Source: a virus
Lineage: Duplodnaviria > Caudoviricetes
Virus record (IMG/VR): IMGVR_UViG_3300037264_001118
Span: 1-51,019 of that record
Reading direction: 5' to 3' (one strand)
Length of the DNA: 51,019 nucleotides
Shown: piece after piece, positions 9,152-18,343 of the stretch
How the letters are laid out: each line of letters opens with the position of its first letter
How positions within the stretch are numbered: the stretch's first letter is position 1
The notes under the pieces: generated by a model
Seen by the model: the letters and a program-made list of their open reading frames with translations, nothing else
The model's database searches: none
Told to the model about the DNA's origin: nothing
Translations under genes and position numbers: made by a program

Positions 9152-9922
9152 ATGTTCACTATCACGGAAGGCGCGGCCATTTCGCGGAAAGCCCTTGTCG
9201 GAATCGCGGTCACGCCGCGCGGCAAGGGGGAAGTCACGGAGCGTTGGAAGGGCGTTGCCCATTCGGAGTTGGCGGACACGGTTGTTGACCGCGTGGAAAA
9301 CGCCGGGTTCAAAATCAAGTCGGAGCGTTGGGGAACGGCCATGAACAACGCGGCCCTTTACGGGACGTTGGACCTTCTCCCCCTGCCCGAAATGAAGATC
9401 GAACTTCCCCGGGGCGTCGGGCTGTCCTTGGGGCTCCGTCACTCCAACAACGGACGCCACGCGCTTACGTTCTTCGCCGGGGTCCGGGTCTTCGTTTGCT
9501 CCAACGGGATGATTTCGGAACGCTTCACGCCCGGGGAGCGGAAGCGGCATACCATGAACTTGAACCTTTCCGACACGGTGGACGCCGGGCTTGTCCAGTT
9601 CGCGGACGGCGCGCGGGCCAATCTCGCGGCGGAAATCAAGGCCCTTCAGGGCATGGACTACACGAACGAACTGAAGGTCCACAACGTCCTTTGCAGGACG
9701 GGCGCGGAAGGGCTGGTCCCGTGGTCCCAACTTGGCAAGGTCGAACAGGCGTGGAGAACGCCCCCGCATCCCGAATTCAAGGACCGGAACGGCTGGTCCC
9801 TTTACAATGCCTTTACCGAAGTCGCCAAATCGTTTTCGCCCACGAATCAGGCGCGGGCAATCGGCGGGCTTCGGGGCATCTTTCAGGAAGTCGCCCGGGA
9901 CGCGCGCTTCAAGTCCAACTAG
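9152..9922 (+). CDS. DUF932-family protein
   Basis: LRHSNNG...GVRVFVCSNGMI and WSLYNAFTE motifs. GGAGG RBS. Confidence 0.75.
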   Translation: MFTITEGAAISRKALVGIAVTPRGKGEVTERWKGVAHSELADTVVDRVENAGFKIKSERWGTAMNNAALYGTLDLLPLPEMKIELPRGVGLSLGLRHSNNGRHALTFFAGVRVFVCSNGMISERFTPGERKRHTMNLNLSDTVDAGLVQFADGARANLAAEIKALQGMDYTNELKVHNVLCRTGAEGLVPWSQLGKVEQAWRTPPHPEFKDRNGWSLYNAFTEVAKSFSPTNQARAIGGLRGIFQEVARDARFKSN

Positions 9923-10035
9923 GAACTAGGCCAGTCGAGCAACCCGGCCCCGCCAGTACGGGGGGCCGGGCTTTCGAAGGGCCTTTACGTCCTTCGGGGT
10001 CGCCCGGAACCGCTCCGGGTTAGAGGGTAACTTCT

Positions 10036-10404
10036 ATGGGTATCACGGCGCGAAAGCTGGCAAACCCCATGCGCGGCGTTTCGGAGTTGTCGCGTTCCAA
10101 GCTGTCCGGCGGCGGTTCGTCGTTCATTACGTGCGTTTGTGGGCGCATCGTGGAACCGACCGAAGCGGGCGTCAAGCCCCACCGTCCCCGCCACGCGGTC
10201 AAGGACGGCGTTCCCATGACCCGCAAGGCGCGTAAGGCGTCGTGGTGCGAAGCCCCGGCCCCGGTCAAGGCGGCGGTCGTGGTCCCGCCCACGGTGACGG
10301 AGCCGCCCACGGAGCCCGCCACGGCCCCGGAGCCGACGACGGAGCCCACGGAGCCCAAGACGGCCCCGGAGCCCGTCACGGAGCCGCCCACGGCGTCCAA
10401 CTAG
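10036..10404 (+). CDS. Hypothetical protein with Cys/His motif and a PTEP low-complexity tail
   Basis: CVCG..H..H..C pattern and a repetitive TEP/APE C-terminus. Confidence 0.6.
   Translation: MGITARKLANPMRGVSELSRSKLSGGGSSFITCVCGRIVEPTEAGVKPHRPRHAVKDGVPMTRKARKASWCEAPAPVKAAVVVPPTVTEPPTEPATAPEPTTEPTEPKTAPEPVTEPPTASN
10297..10394 (+). repeat. Coding tandem repeat (acggagcc-type units encoding TEP/APEP)
   Basis: Multiple degenerate acggagccc / acggccccggagcc units. Confidence 0.7.
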
Positions 10405-10417
10405 GGTTGGAATTCCC

Positions 10418-10445
10418 TTGACTGTATCCCCTGTCGGGGTATAGT
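10418..10445 (+). promoter_or_regulatory. Promoter TTGACT-N16-TATAGT
   Basis: Same -35 and 16-bp spacer as the promoters at 22999, 23755, 24359 and 26040. Heads the replication operon. Confidence 0.7.
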
Positions 10446-10573
10446 TGGAACTTCAAGGCGAAGGGCCGGGGTCCGGGCGACCCGTCCGAAAGGGCGGAAA
10501 CGACGGACCCCGGCCCCAAGCCGACCGCGACCGGACGGGATTCCGGCGACTTGTAAATATAGGGATTGCGACC

Positions 10574-10855
10574 ATGCCGAAGCCCAACAACGTTCGGGCG
10601 GCGTTCGACGCCGGGTACTGTTCCGGTAAGTATTGCCGGGACTTGGTAGGGTCCGGCGAAGGAATCCAAGACTACACGGACCCCGAACACCCCAAGCGGT
10701 TTTGCTGGTTTTGTTACCGGAAGTTGGAAGCCGCCAAGGACGCCAGCCCCAAGGCCCCGCCCGCGCCCGCGACGGCCCCGCCGCCGGACGCTACGCCCCC
10801 GACCCTGCCCCCGACCCTGCCCCGCCGCGTCGTCGTCGTGCGGAGGAATACCTAG
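10574..10855 (+). CDS. Small Cys4 zinc-finger-like protein
   Basis: CSGKYC...CWFC, a Pro-rich linker and C-terminal RRVVVVRR. Confidence 0.6.
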   Translation: MPKPNNVRAAFDAGYCSGKYCRDLVGSGEGIQDYTDPEHPKRFCWFCYRKLEAAKDASPKAPPAPATAPPPDATPPTLPPTLPRRVVVVRRNT

Positions 10856-10858
10856 GCC

Positions 10859-12277
10859 ATGCGTTCCGCCCTTCCCCATCAAGTCCAAGGCATCGGTTAC
10901 TGTTCCCGGTTTGAACATCCCGCGTTGTTTATGGAAATGCGGCTTGGGAAAACCTTAGTCACAATCCGCGCCTGTCAACGTTGGGGGGTCAAGGCCGTTT
11001 TGGTCTTGGCCCCCCTTTCTGTTTTAAAGTCGTGGGAAACGGAGTTGCGGGAGGAAGGGCAATCGTGGATCGTGTACCCGGAAACGGATCAACGGGATTT
11101 GGAATGCCCGCCGCCGGGCAAAGTCGTTTGGGTCTTGGTCAACTTCGAAAGGTTAATAGCGTCGTTTAAGTCGTGCGGTAATGCGGACTTCAAGACTTTA
11201 CTAGCACGATTCAAGCGTTGCGATTACCGCGACGACCCGGACCTTGCCGCGTGGACCGCGTGGGCCGACCAGTTCGACGCCGTGATTGTGGATGAGTCAA
11301 GCCGGATTAAAAACCCGAAGGCCATGATTACGAAGCTGGTTACGACCGCGTTTCGTCGGGCCGATCATCGGGCGATTCTGTCCGGCCTTCCCGCCCCCGA
11401 AAGTCCGTTGGACTACGTGGAACAATTCCGGTTCTTGTATGGCCGCTTCATGGGGGCCAAAAACTTTTGGGTTTATCGTTCCCGGTTTTTTCAAGCCGTC
11501 GATTATGAATGGGTTCCCAACCCCGGGACGCGCCAGCAAATCAAAAAGGAAGTCGCGCGGCTGGCGTTCGTCATGTCCCGCCGGGAAGCGGGCATCGGGT
11601 CGAAGAAGGTTTATTCGCGCCGATACATCGAACCGACTACGGCCCAAGTCCGATTGGCCGACGAAGTGGAAGGCGAATTCCGATTGGGCCAAAACGAAAC
11701 GAAGTTTTCGCTTGTAATCCATAACTGGTTGGGTAGGATAGCCGGGGGACATGGCGACGGATGGGCCGTCGTGTCCGACAGGAAGGGAAAGGAAATCGTG
11801 GAGTTGTTGCAGGGGGAATTACGGAACGAACCCGCGTTGGTTTTGTTCCGCTTCAACGCCGAACTTCGGTTGGTCGCGTCCATGCTTCGTCGGGCGCGCA
11901 TCCCCTTTGTTTGGATTACGGGCGAAACCAGCCCCGACGAACGCCACGCCCGCCGACTTCTCTTTCAGAAAGGCCGCGCCCGGGTCGCCCTGTTGCAAAT
12001 CAAAGTTTGCAAATACGGGTTGGACTTCTCCCGGTCGTCCACGTCGATTTATTATTCCAATTCGTTTTCGTTGGACGAACGGAAGCAAAGCGAAGACCGG
12101 ATCATACATCCCCTGAAGAAAGAACCCCTGTTGTATATCGACTTGATAACCCGGGACTCCGTGGACGAATCCGTTTCGGAAGCGTTGCGGGTCAAGGAAG
12201 CCGACGCGCGTTGGTTCTTGCGTAAGTTCTTCCAGCTTGAAAGGGAACGACTTGTCCGCCGTATTCGTAACGCTTGA
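10859..12277 (+). CDS. SNF2-like/SF2 helicase
   Basis: LPHQ Q-motif, MRLGKT Walker A, IVDES Walker B, LSGLP and QSEDRI motif VI. Confidence 0.9.
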   Translation: MRSALPHQVQGIGYCSRFEHPALFMEMRLGKTLVTIRACQRWGVKAVLVLAPLSVLKSWETELREEGQSWIVYPETDQRDLECPPPGKVVWVLVNFERLIASFKSCGNADFKTLLARFKRCDYRDDPDLAAWTAWADQFDAVIVDESSRIKNPKAMITKLVTTAFRRADHRAILSGLPAPESPLDYVEQFRFLYGRFMGAKNFWVYRSRFFQAVDYEWVPNPGTRQQIKKEVARLAFVMSRREAGIGSKKVYSRRYIEPTTAQVRLADEVEGEFRLGQNETKFSLVIHNWLGRIAGGHGDGWAVVSDRKGKEIVELLQGELRNEPALVLFRFNAELRLVASMLRRARIPFVWITGETSPDERHARRLLFQKGRARVALLQIKVCKYGLDFSRSSTSIYYSNSFSLDERKQSEDRIIHPLKKEPLLYIDLITRDSVDESVSEALRVKEADARWFLRKFFQLERERLVRRIRNA

Positions 12278-12752
12278 CCCCGGCCAGCGAACGGGCGTTG
12301 CAGTTTGGGACGCCGACACGTTCAACGAACGGGTCCGCCCGGTTTCGGTTTCCATGTTGACCGTTGGGCCGGGTCGCCGGGAATGGCCGTGGGCGGAACG
12401 TTGCAAGGCCCTAGGGGATAAGTTCGCGGGCCTGTTCAAGTGGCAAACGGTCGTCCGGGTTTATTGCGAACTGCCCGCCTTCTTCGAAGGGGCGACGGGT
12501 CACGCGGCGGCGGCAAAGGGCGACGTTGTAAAGCTGGCGTATTTGGTGGGGGTATATGCCGGAATATGTCACGCCCGGGGGGTAGTATTCTCCCCGGTTC
12601 CCGTAATCGAATGGAAAGGGCAGTTGTCCAAAGAGATTGTCGCGCGCCGGATCGTGAAGAAGATTGGAAGGACGGCGCAAGACGGACAGGAGTTCCACGC
12701 GGATATATGGGACGCCGTGGGAATCGGCCTTTACGTGAAGGGACTTTTTTAA
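12252..12752 (+). CDS. ruvC: RuvC-like Holliday junction resolvase
   Basis: LDPGQRTGVA, YCE, PVIEWK and DIWDAVGIG catalytic pattern. Start is TTG 12252 or 12237. Confidence 0.8.
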   Translation: MSAVFVTLDPGQRTGVAVWDADTFNERVRPVSVSMLTVGPGRREWPWAERCKALGDKFAGLFKWQTVVRVYCELPAFFEGATGHAAAAKGDVVKLAYLVGVYAGICHARGVVFSPVPVIEWKGQLSKEIVARRIVKKIGRTAQDGQEFHADIWDAVGIGLYVKGLF

Positions 12753-13300
12753 TGGACGCCCAAAAGGAATTGGCGGACTGGCTTTCGTGCCGGAAGTGCG
12801 CCTTGGGCGAACGCGCCAAGTTGCACGTCCTAGGCCGTGGAGTCCTGCCCGCCCAAGTCCTGTTCATTGGGGAAGCCCCCGGCAAGTCCGAAGACGTGTT
12901 GGGGGAAGCGTTCGTCGGGCGGGCCGGGCGGTTGCTGGACAAGGCCGTTGCCGTCGCCAACAAAAAGGGCGTCCCGGTCTACTTCACGAACTTGGTTGCT
13001 TGCCGCCCGTGCGACAGGATCGGAGCCCCCAACCGCCAGCCCCTAGGCTTGGAAGTCCTGTCATGCCTTCCCCGGTTGCAAAAGACAATCGAACTTTCCG
13101 GCGCGCATGGGATCGTCGTTTGCGGTCGGCTTGCCCAAGTGGTCTTCGCCCGGTACTTGCCCGGCCCCGGGTTGCCTAATCCTATCCGCCTTGAAATTCC
13201 CCAACCCGCTTGGATACTTCGTCGCGGCGGGGAAGCGTCCGCCGACTGGCCCGATTATGTTTGTAAGTTGGTTTCATTTTTTGAAAGGGTCACGACATGA
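12752..13300 (+). CDS. Uracil-DNA glycosylase family 4-like (Fe-S)
   Basis: CRKC, FIGEAPG, FVGRAG and TNLVACRP motifs. Motif B reads QPAW rather than HP. Confidence 0.85.
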   Translation: MDAQKELADWLSCRKCALGERAKLHVLGRGVLPAQVLFIGEAPGKSEDVLGEAFVGRAGRLLDKAVAVANKKGVPVYFTNLVACRPCDRIGAPNRQPLGLEVLSCLPRLQKTIELSGAHGIVVCGRLAQVVFARYLPGPGLPNPIRLEIPQPAWILRRGGEASADWPDYVCKLVSFFERVTT

Positions 13301-14283
13301 ACAAGGCCGCGCCCCCCAAGCCCTACAACATGGCGGAAGACGGCGTTACCCAATCCCTGTTGGGTATGTTCTTCGAATGCCGGAAGAAGGCCGGAACGTA
13401 CCTTGAACGCTGGTCCCCGCTAAAGGTCGGCCAACCTTTGCTTCACGGAATCCTTGTCCACCGTGTCCTTGAAACCGTCCACGAAACCCAACGGAAAACG
13501 AAGAAGACCCCGGGCCGGGAAGCCGTCGTCGCCGTGGTGGAAGCCGTCGTTAAGGCCCACGAAAAGGAAGAAGGCGGGCGTTGGTCCGCCGAAGAAACGG
13601 AGAAGTTCGAAACCGTGACGGCGCAAATGCTGGCGGTCCTGCCTGAATATTTCCAGTATTGGGACCGGAAGCCCCTTGCATGGGTGGACGTGGAAGGCGT
13701 GTTCCGCGTCCCGTTCAAGTTCGGCCCCAACATGTCGAACCGTGTTTCTTCGACGTGGTTAATGGGCCGCATGGACGGCGTTTATAGGTCGTCCAAGACC
13801 AAGACCCTTTGGTTGTTCGACGCCAAGAACAAATCGCAAATCGTGGAAGAACAGCTTGGGGAAACGCTGTTGCGGGATTTCCAAATCAACTTTTACTTGC
13901 TGGCCGTTCGTCTTCTCACGGGCGAAATTCCGGCGGGCTTCCTTTACAACGTGCTTCGTCGCCCCAACCTGAAGGTCGGCAAGGCGGAATCGTTGGCGCA
14001 ATACGCCGACAGGATCAAGGAACATATCAAGGAAGACCCGGAACACTACTTCAAGCGGTACGAAGTTTGCGTTACGAACGAAGACCTTGACCAGTTCGAA
14101 CGCGAGTTGGTCGAAGTCCTTTGGGAGTTCGAAAGCTGGAACAAGGCCGGGCGTCCGGGCCGGATGTTCGGCCAGCCCTGCATTAGCAAATACGGAATGT
14201 GCGCCAACATTCCCATTTGTTACAACGACAACCGCGCGTCGTTTTACCAACGGCCTTCTATCTTCAGGGAGTTGGACGAATAG
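13297..14283 (+). CDS. PD-(D/E)XK (RecB/Cas4-like) exonuclease
   Basis: GILVH, GRMDG, LFDAK and QINFY motifs with terminal Cys residues. Next to the AAA and SSB genes. Confidence 0.8.
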   Translation: MNKAAPPKPYNMAEDGVTQSLLGMFFECRKKAGTYLERWSPLKVGQPLLHGILVHRVLETVHETQRKTKKTPGREAVVAVVEAVVKAHEKEEGGRWSAEETEKFETVTAQMLAVLPEYFQYWDRKPLAWVDVEGVFRVPFKFGPNMSNRVSSTWLMGRMDGVYRSSKTKTLWLFDAKNKSQIVEEQLGETLLRDFQINFYLLAVRLLTGEIPAGFLYNVLRRPNLKVGKAESLAQYADRIKEHIKEDPEHYFKRYEVCVTNEDLDQFERELVEVLWEFESWNKAGRPGRMFGQPCISKYGMCANIPICYNDNRASFYQRPSIFRELDE

Positions 14284-14309
14284 CGTTTGGATTTGATGGA
14301 GGATTGGCA

Positions 14310-15116
14310 ATGATTGTTAAGCGTAAACCCGCGCCGGAAGGTCCGGTCCTGTCCCTGCCCACGGAGCCTAGCACCCCCGTAACGGACTTGGGCCGTTACT
14401 CCATGCTTCTTTACGGGTTGGAGAAGATCGGCAAAACGACCTTGGCCGCAATGTTCCCCGACGCTTTCTTCCTGTTGTGCGAACCGGGCGGCAAAGCCCT
14501 TTCGATCTACGGGCGGGAAGTGAAGACGTGGGCCGACTTCAAGGGGTACTTGTCTTTGTTGGACCGGAGCCCCGGCAAGTTCAAAACCGTAGTCGTGGAT
14601 ACCGTGGACCTTGCCTTTAAGTTTTGCGAAGAACATATGCTTAGGAAGATGGGCATAACGCACGAATCCGACGAAGAATGGGGCAAGGGGTGGGCCTTGG
14701 TCCGTAACGAATTCGCCTTGGCTATGGCCCGGATCATTAACGGGCCGCGCGGAACGATCTTCATTTCCCATGCGACGGAAAAGAAAACGAAGCGTCGGGA
14801 CGGGGGTTCGTCGGATAGGGTCGTCCCGACCATGCCTTCCCAAGCCCGCGCCGTGTTGGAACCCATGGTCGATATCTGGTCCTATTACCAGTACGACGAA
14901 AAGGGCGGGCGCGTCCTTACGATTCGGGGGGACGAAGACGTTGCCGCCGGGCATCGTTGTAAGGGTCACTTCGTCGGGGTTTCCCAAGTCGATATGGGAA
15001 CTTCCCCGGAACAGGGATATAAAAACTACGTTGCGGCTTTCGAAAAGACCGCGACTTCCCCGGCGACCGGGGAGAAGGGAGGAACGCCGAAGCGCGTTGT
15101 TCGCATCAATCGTTAG
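14310..15116 (+). CDS. AAA_24/Sak4-like ATPase (recombinase)
   Basis: YGLEKIGKTT Walker A, VVVDT Walker B and FISH motif. GGAGG RBS. Confidence 0.85.
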   Translation: MIVKRKPAPEGPVLSLPTEPSTPVTDLGRYSMLLYGLEKIGKTTLAAMFPDAFFLLCEPGGKALSIYGREVKTWADFKGYLSLLDRSPGKFKTVVVDTVDLAFKFCEEHMLRKMGITHESDEEWGKGWALVRNEFALAMARIINGPRGTIFISHATEKKTKRRDGGSSDRVVPTMPSQARAVLEPMVDIWSYYQYDEKGGRVLTIRGDEDVAAGHRCKGHFVGVSQVDMGTSPEQGYKNYVAAFEKTATSPATGEKGGTPKRVVRINR

Positions 15117-15165
15117 TGGTGTTTAAGTTGGAACGACTTTGACTTTCTATTTGAAAGGGCAAGCC

Positions 15166-16050
15166 ATGGGTTCGGAGTTTTCAAACAGGCTGAAGAAGTT
15201 GGGCGGTAACTGGAAGAAGGCGTCGAAGCGCGACCCTTCGGAGTTCGGCGGTTCGGCAATCGAAGACGGGATTTACCGCCTTCGTATCACGGGATGCGAA
15301 TTGACGGAAAGCGTTTCGTCCGGTCGGCTCCAAATCCATTGGGAGTTCACCGTTGCCGAAGGCGAAAGCAAGGGCGAACAAGTCCACGATTACGACGGCT
15401 TGGAGTCGGAAGACAACCTTTTCTTCCTTCAGCGGAAACTTGCCCGCTTGGGCAAGGAAGTTCCCGAAGACGTTTCGACTATCGAAACGGTCTTGCAGGA
15501 AATCGAAAAGGAAAGGCCGTTGATCCGGGCGCGGGTCAAGACCAAGGACGACTTCACGCACGTTTACATTAACAAGATGTTGGACGACGCGGGCAAAGAC
15601 GTTGACATGCCGGAACCGGACGGCGCGGAGCCCGAAGCGGAGGAAGGCGGCGAAGCCCCGGAGGAACCCGCCGTCGAAGAAGCGGCCCCGGAGGAAGTCG
15701 CGCCGGAAGCCGAAGCGGAGCCCGAAGCGGAGCCCGAAGCCGGGGACGCGCTGGAAGAAGGAATGCGCGTCACGTTCAAGAGCAAGGGCGCGGACGTGGA
15801 AGGCGAAATCGTGGAGTTCACGGACAACGACAGTAAGGCGCGCGTGAAGACCGACGCCGGGGTTTACAAGGTCGCCGTTGAAGCCTTGTTCCCCGTGAAG
15901 GGCGAAACGGAGCCCGCCGACGCGGAGCCCGAACCCGAACCGGAGCCCGCCCCGAAGCGTGGCCCCGGGCGTCCGGCCAAGGCCCCGGCGAAGCCCGCCA
16001 CGGCCCCCGCCAAGACCACGGGCAAGGTTTCTAAGGTCAAGCGTACCTAG
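15166..16050 (+). CDS. DUF669-like ssDNA-binding protein with acidic linker and a C-terminal SH3/KOW-like domain
   Basis: DGIYRLRITGCE...WEFTVAEG OB-type N-terminus, position after Sak4, and a long E/P/A linker. Confidence 0.7.
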   Translation: MGSEFSNRLKKLGGNWKKASKRDPSEFGGSAIEDGIYRLRITGCELTESVSSGRLQIHWEFTVAEGESKGEQVHDYDGLESEDNLFFLQRKLARLGKEVPEDVSTIETVLQEIEKERPLIRARVKTKDDFTHVYINKMLDDAGKDVDMPEPDGAEPEAEEGGEAPEEPAVEEAAPEEVAPEAEAEPEAEPEAGDALEEGMRVTFKSKGADVEGEIVEFTDNDSKARVKTDAGVYKVAVEALFPVKGETEPADAEPEPEPEPAPKRGPGRPAKAPAKPATAPAKTTGKVSKVKRT

Positions 16051-16102
16051 ACCCTTCTCCGGGGCCGGGGCGCGGCCTGTTGTCGCGTCCCGGCCCCATC
16101 CT

Positions 16103-16176
16103 TGGCCCGTCGTCTAATGGTAGGACCGGGGACTTTGAATCCCCGTATCTAGGTTCGAATCCTAGCGGGCCAGCCA
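16103..16176 (+). tRNA. trnQ: tRNA-Gln(UUG)
   Basis: Acceptor tggcccg/cgggcca, anticodon arm gggga-ctTTGaa-tcccc, T-loop ttcgaat, encoded CCA. Confidence 0.95.
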
Positions 16177-16204
16177 AGCGCGGTTGATGGATGGAGCGTC
16201 GGCC

Positions 16205-18328
16205 ATGGGCGTTTTGCGGCAGTACCTAGCGTCCCTCCCCCCGGCGGTTAAGACCGTCCAAGAGATTGTGGGGGACCACGATACCCTAATTGCTTTGAAG
16301 TCCCCCGTTGCTTGCGACACGGAAACGACCGGGCTTAATCCGTGGTTGGGCGACCGCCCTTATGCCTTTAGTTTTTGTGACGCTGAAGGCCGAAAGGCGT
16401 TCGTCCGTGGCCGGGTTAATCCCGCAACTAGGGAAGTGGAAATACCCAAACGCCCTTGGCGTTCGCTGGTCAACTTCTTCAGCAACGCCAGCGTTACCAA
16501 GGTCTTTCACCATGCCAAGTTCGATATTCGGATGCTTGAATCCATCGGGGCCAGCGTCCGGGGTCGCATCGAAGAAACGATCTTCGCCCTTCACGCGCTA
16601 AACAACATGGAACCTAGTTTCAAGCTGAAGCGGCTTGGGGCCAAGTATGTTGAAATCCCCGACGACGACGAAAAGGAATTGAGGAAGGCCACGTCGAAAG
16701 CCCGGCTTGCGGCGAAGAAGAAGGGTTGGAAGATTGCGGAAAAGTTGTCCAGTAGTGACGACCCTATAGCCGCCGACTATTGGCTTGCGCCGGAAGAGTT
16801 GTTGAAGCGGTACGCGGTCACGGACGCGGAGCGGACCATATTGCTTTGGCTTATGGCCCACGGGGTCATGGACGAAGAAGGCGTCCGCGATACCTACGAA
16901 ATGGAATTGAAGTTATTCCCCCGGACCTACGCCATGGAAACCCGGGGCGTTAAGATCGAACCCGCCGTCGTGGACGCGGAGATTGTCAACCACAACGGCG
17001 CGTTGAAGAAGTCCCTTGCCGAAGTCCAGAAATGGAAGCCGGGCATAAACCTTAATTCCCCTGTCCAGCTTCAGCGGTTTCTATACGGGACCAAGGATTG
17101 CGGCGGGCTTGGGGTTGCCCCTATTTACGACAAGGACACGGGGAACCCGACGACCGACGCCGAAGCCCTGCAATCCATCCAACACCCCTTCGCCCGGCTT
17201 ATCTCCCGGGTCCGCGCGCACGAAAAAGCCTTGTCGTCCTTCTTCGTCAAATACAAAAGGCTTTCGATTCCCGACCCGCTTAACCCGGGCGGGCGGGCGT
17301 TGCATCCCGACTTCCAACAAGTCGGACCCGTAACCGGGCGGTTCGCGTGTCGGACGCCCAACCTTCAGAATGTCGCGGACTCTTCCGGCGCGGGCTTCAC
17401 CACGGAGCCTATCCAAGCCCGAACGCCCTTCGGCCCCCGGCCCGGGTTCGTTTGGTATCACTTCGATTTTTCCCAACTTGAACTTCGTATCTTCGCGGAC
17501 GTGGCCCAAGAACCTAACATGCTTGCCGCCATTCACGAAGGCGGCGACATTCACGGCAACACGGCCCGGAAGATTTGGGGGGACAAGCGGCCCGACGCGG
17601 CAATCAAGGCGGCGGTATCCGCCCTTGGGCTGGACGGCAAGGAAGCGGAGAACACGCCCAAGGCCATTTCGGAAGTCGCCCGGCTCCGTAAACGTGAAGG
17701 CAAGGCCAGCCCGGAAACGCTGGCGACCGCTTGGCTTGATGAACACGGATGGGATATCAATAAAGCCGAATCGTCTATCGACAAAAAGAACAGCCGGAAG
17801 AAGGCGAAGATTATCAACTTCCTAACCATTTACGGCGGTTGGGCGGACGCCGTGGCGTCCAAGCTGGTTTGTTCCAAGCGTGAAGCCGAAGACCTTTTGG
17901 AAGAGTACCACGCGACCTTTAACCGGATTCGGGCCTACTCCGAAGAACTTTCTTCGCTTGTATACCGGGACGGTTTTATCCGAAACCGTTTCAACCGGAA
18001 ACTTTGGGTCGATCCTGATTACGCATACCGGGCCGTTAACTACATGGTCCAAGGGTCGGCGGCGGACTTGCTGAAAGATCGAATGTTGGCCGTGTCCGAC
18101 TACTTAGAAAAGATGCGGGCGCGTGGCGTCGAAGCGTATTTGGTCCTTACCATTCACGACGAAATCGTTATCGAAGTCCGATTGGGCCAAGGGTTCCCTT
18201 GGTTCCTTCGGAGAATCCGGCGCATCATGGAAGACCACGGCGGACGGTTCGGGCTTCCGCTCCCCGTGGACTTGGCGAAGACCGTAACACGATGGAACGA
18301 AAAGAAGGAATTGAAGGACTTTAGATAG
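16205..18328 (+). CDS. polA: DNA polymerase family A with 3'-5' exonuclease
   Basis: Exo motifs DTETTG, HAKFD and YAVTD. Polymerase motifs DFSQLELR, RKKAKIINF..IYG and IHDE. Confidence 0.95.
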   Translation: MGVLRQYLASLPPAVKTVQEIVGDHDTLIALKSPVACDTETTGLNPWLGDRPYAFSFCDAEGRKAFVRGRVNPATREVEIPKRPWRSLVNFFSNASVTKVFHHAKFDIRMLESIGASVRGRIEETIFALHALNNMEPSFKLKRLGAKYVEIPDDDEKELRKATSKARLAAKKKGWKIAEKLSSSDDPIAADYWLAPEELLKRYAVTDAERTILLWLMAHGVMDEEGVRDTYEMELKLFPRTYAMETRGVKIEPAVVDAEIVNHNGALKKSLAEVQKWKPGINLNSPVQLQRFLYGTKDCGGLGVAPIYDKDTGNPTTDAEALQSIQHPFARLISRVRAHEKALSSFFVKYKRLSIPDPLNPGGRALHPDFQQVGPVTGRFACRTPNLQNVADSSGAGFTTEPIQARTPFGPRPGFVWYHFDFSQLELRIFADVAQEPNMLAAIHEGGDIHGNTARKIWGDKRPDAAIKAAVSALGLDGKEAENTPKAISEVARLRKREGKASPETLATAWLDEHGWDINKAESSIDKKNSRKKAKIINFLTIYGGWADAVASKLVCSKREAEDLLEEYHATFNRIRAYSEELSSLVYRDGFIRNRFNRKLWVDPDYAYRAVNYMVQGSAADLLKDRMLAVSDYLEKMRARGVEAYLVLTIHDEIVIEVRLGQGFPWFLRRIRRIMEDHGGRFGLPLPVDLAKTVTRWNEKKELKDFR

Positions 18329-18343
18329 GGAGAAGGGGCGCGC

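Noticed and set aside
10460-10515. Hammerhead ribozyme (gtcc-gaaa...gaaac resemblance)
   Set aside because: The CUGANGA core is absent.
13297-14283. Cas4 as part of a CRISPR system
   Set aside because: No cas genes or array. The AAA/SSB context indicates a recombination exonuclease.
16205-18328. Modified-base genome (for example Z-DNA via DpoZ/PurZ)
   Set aside because: No PurZ, dNTPase or other base-modification genes were recognised.
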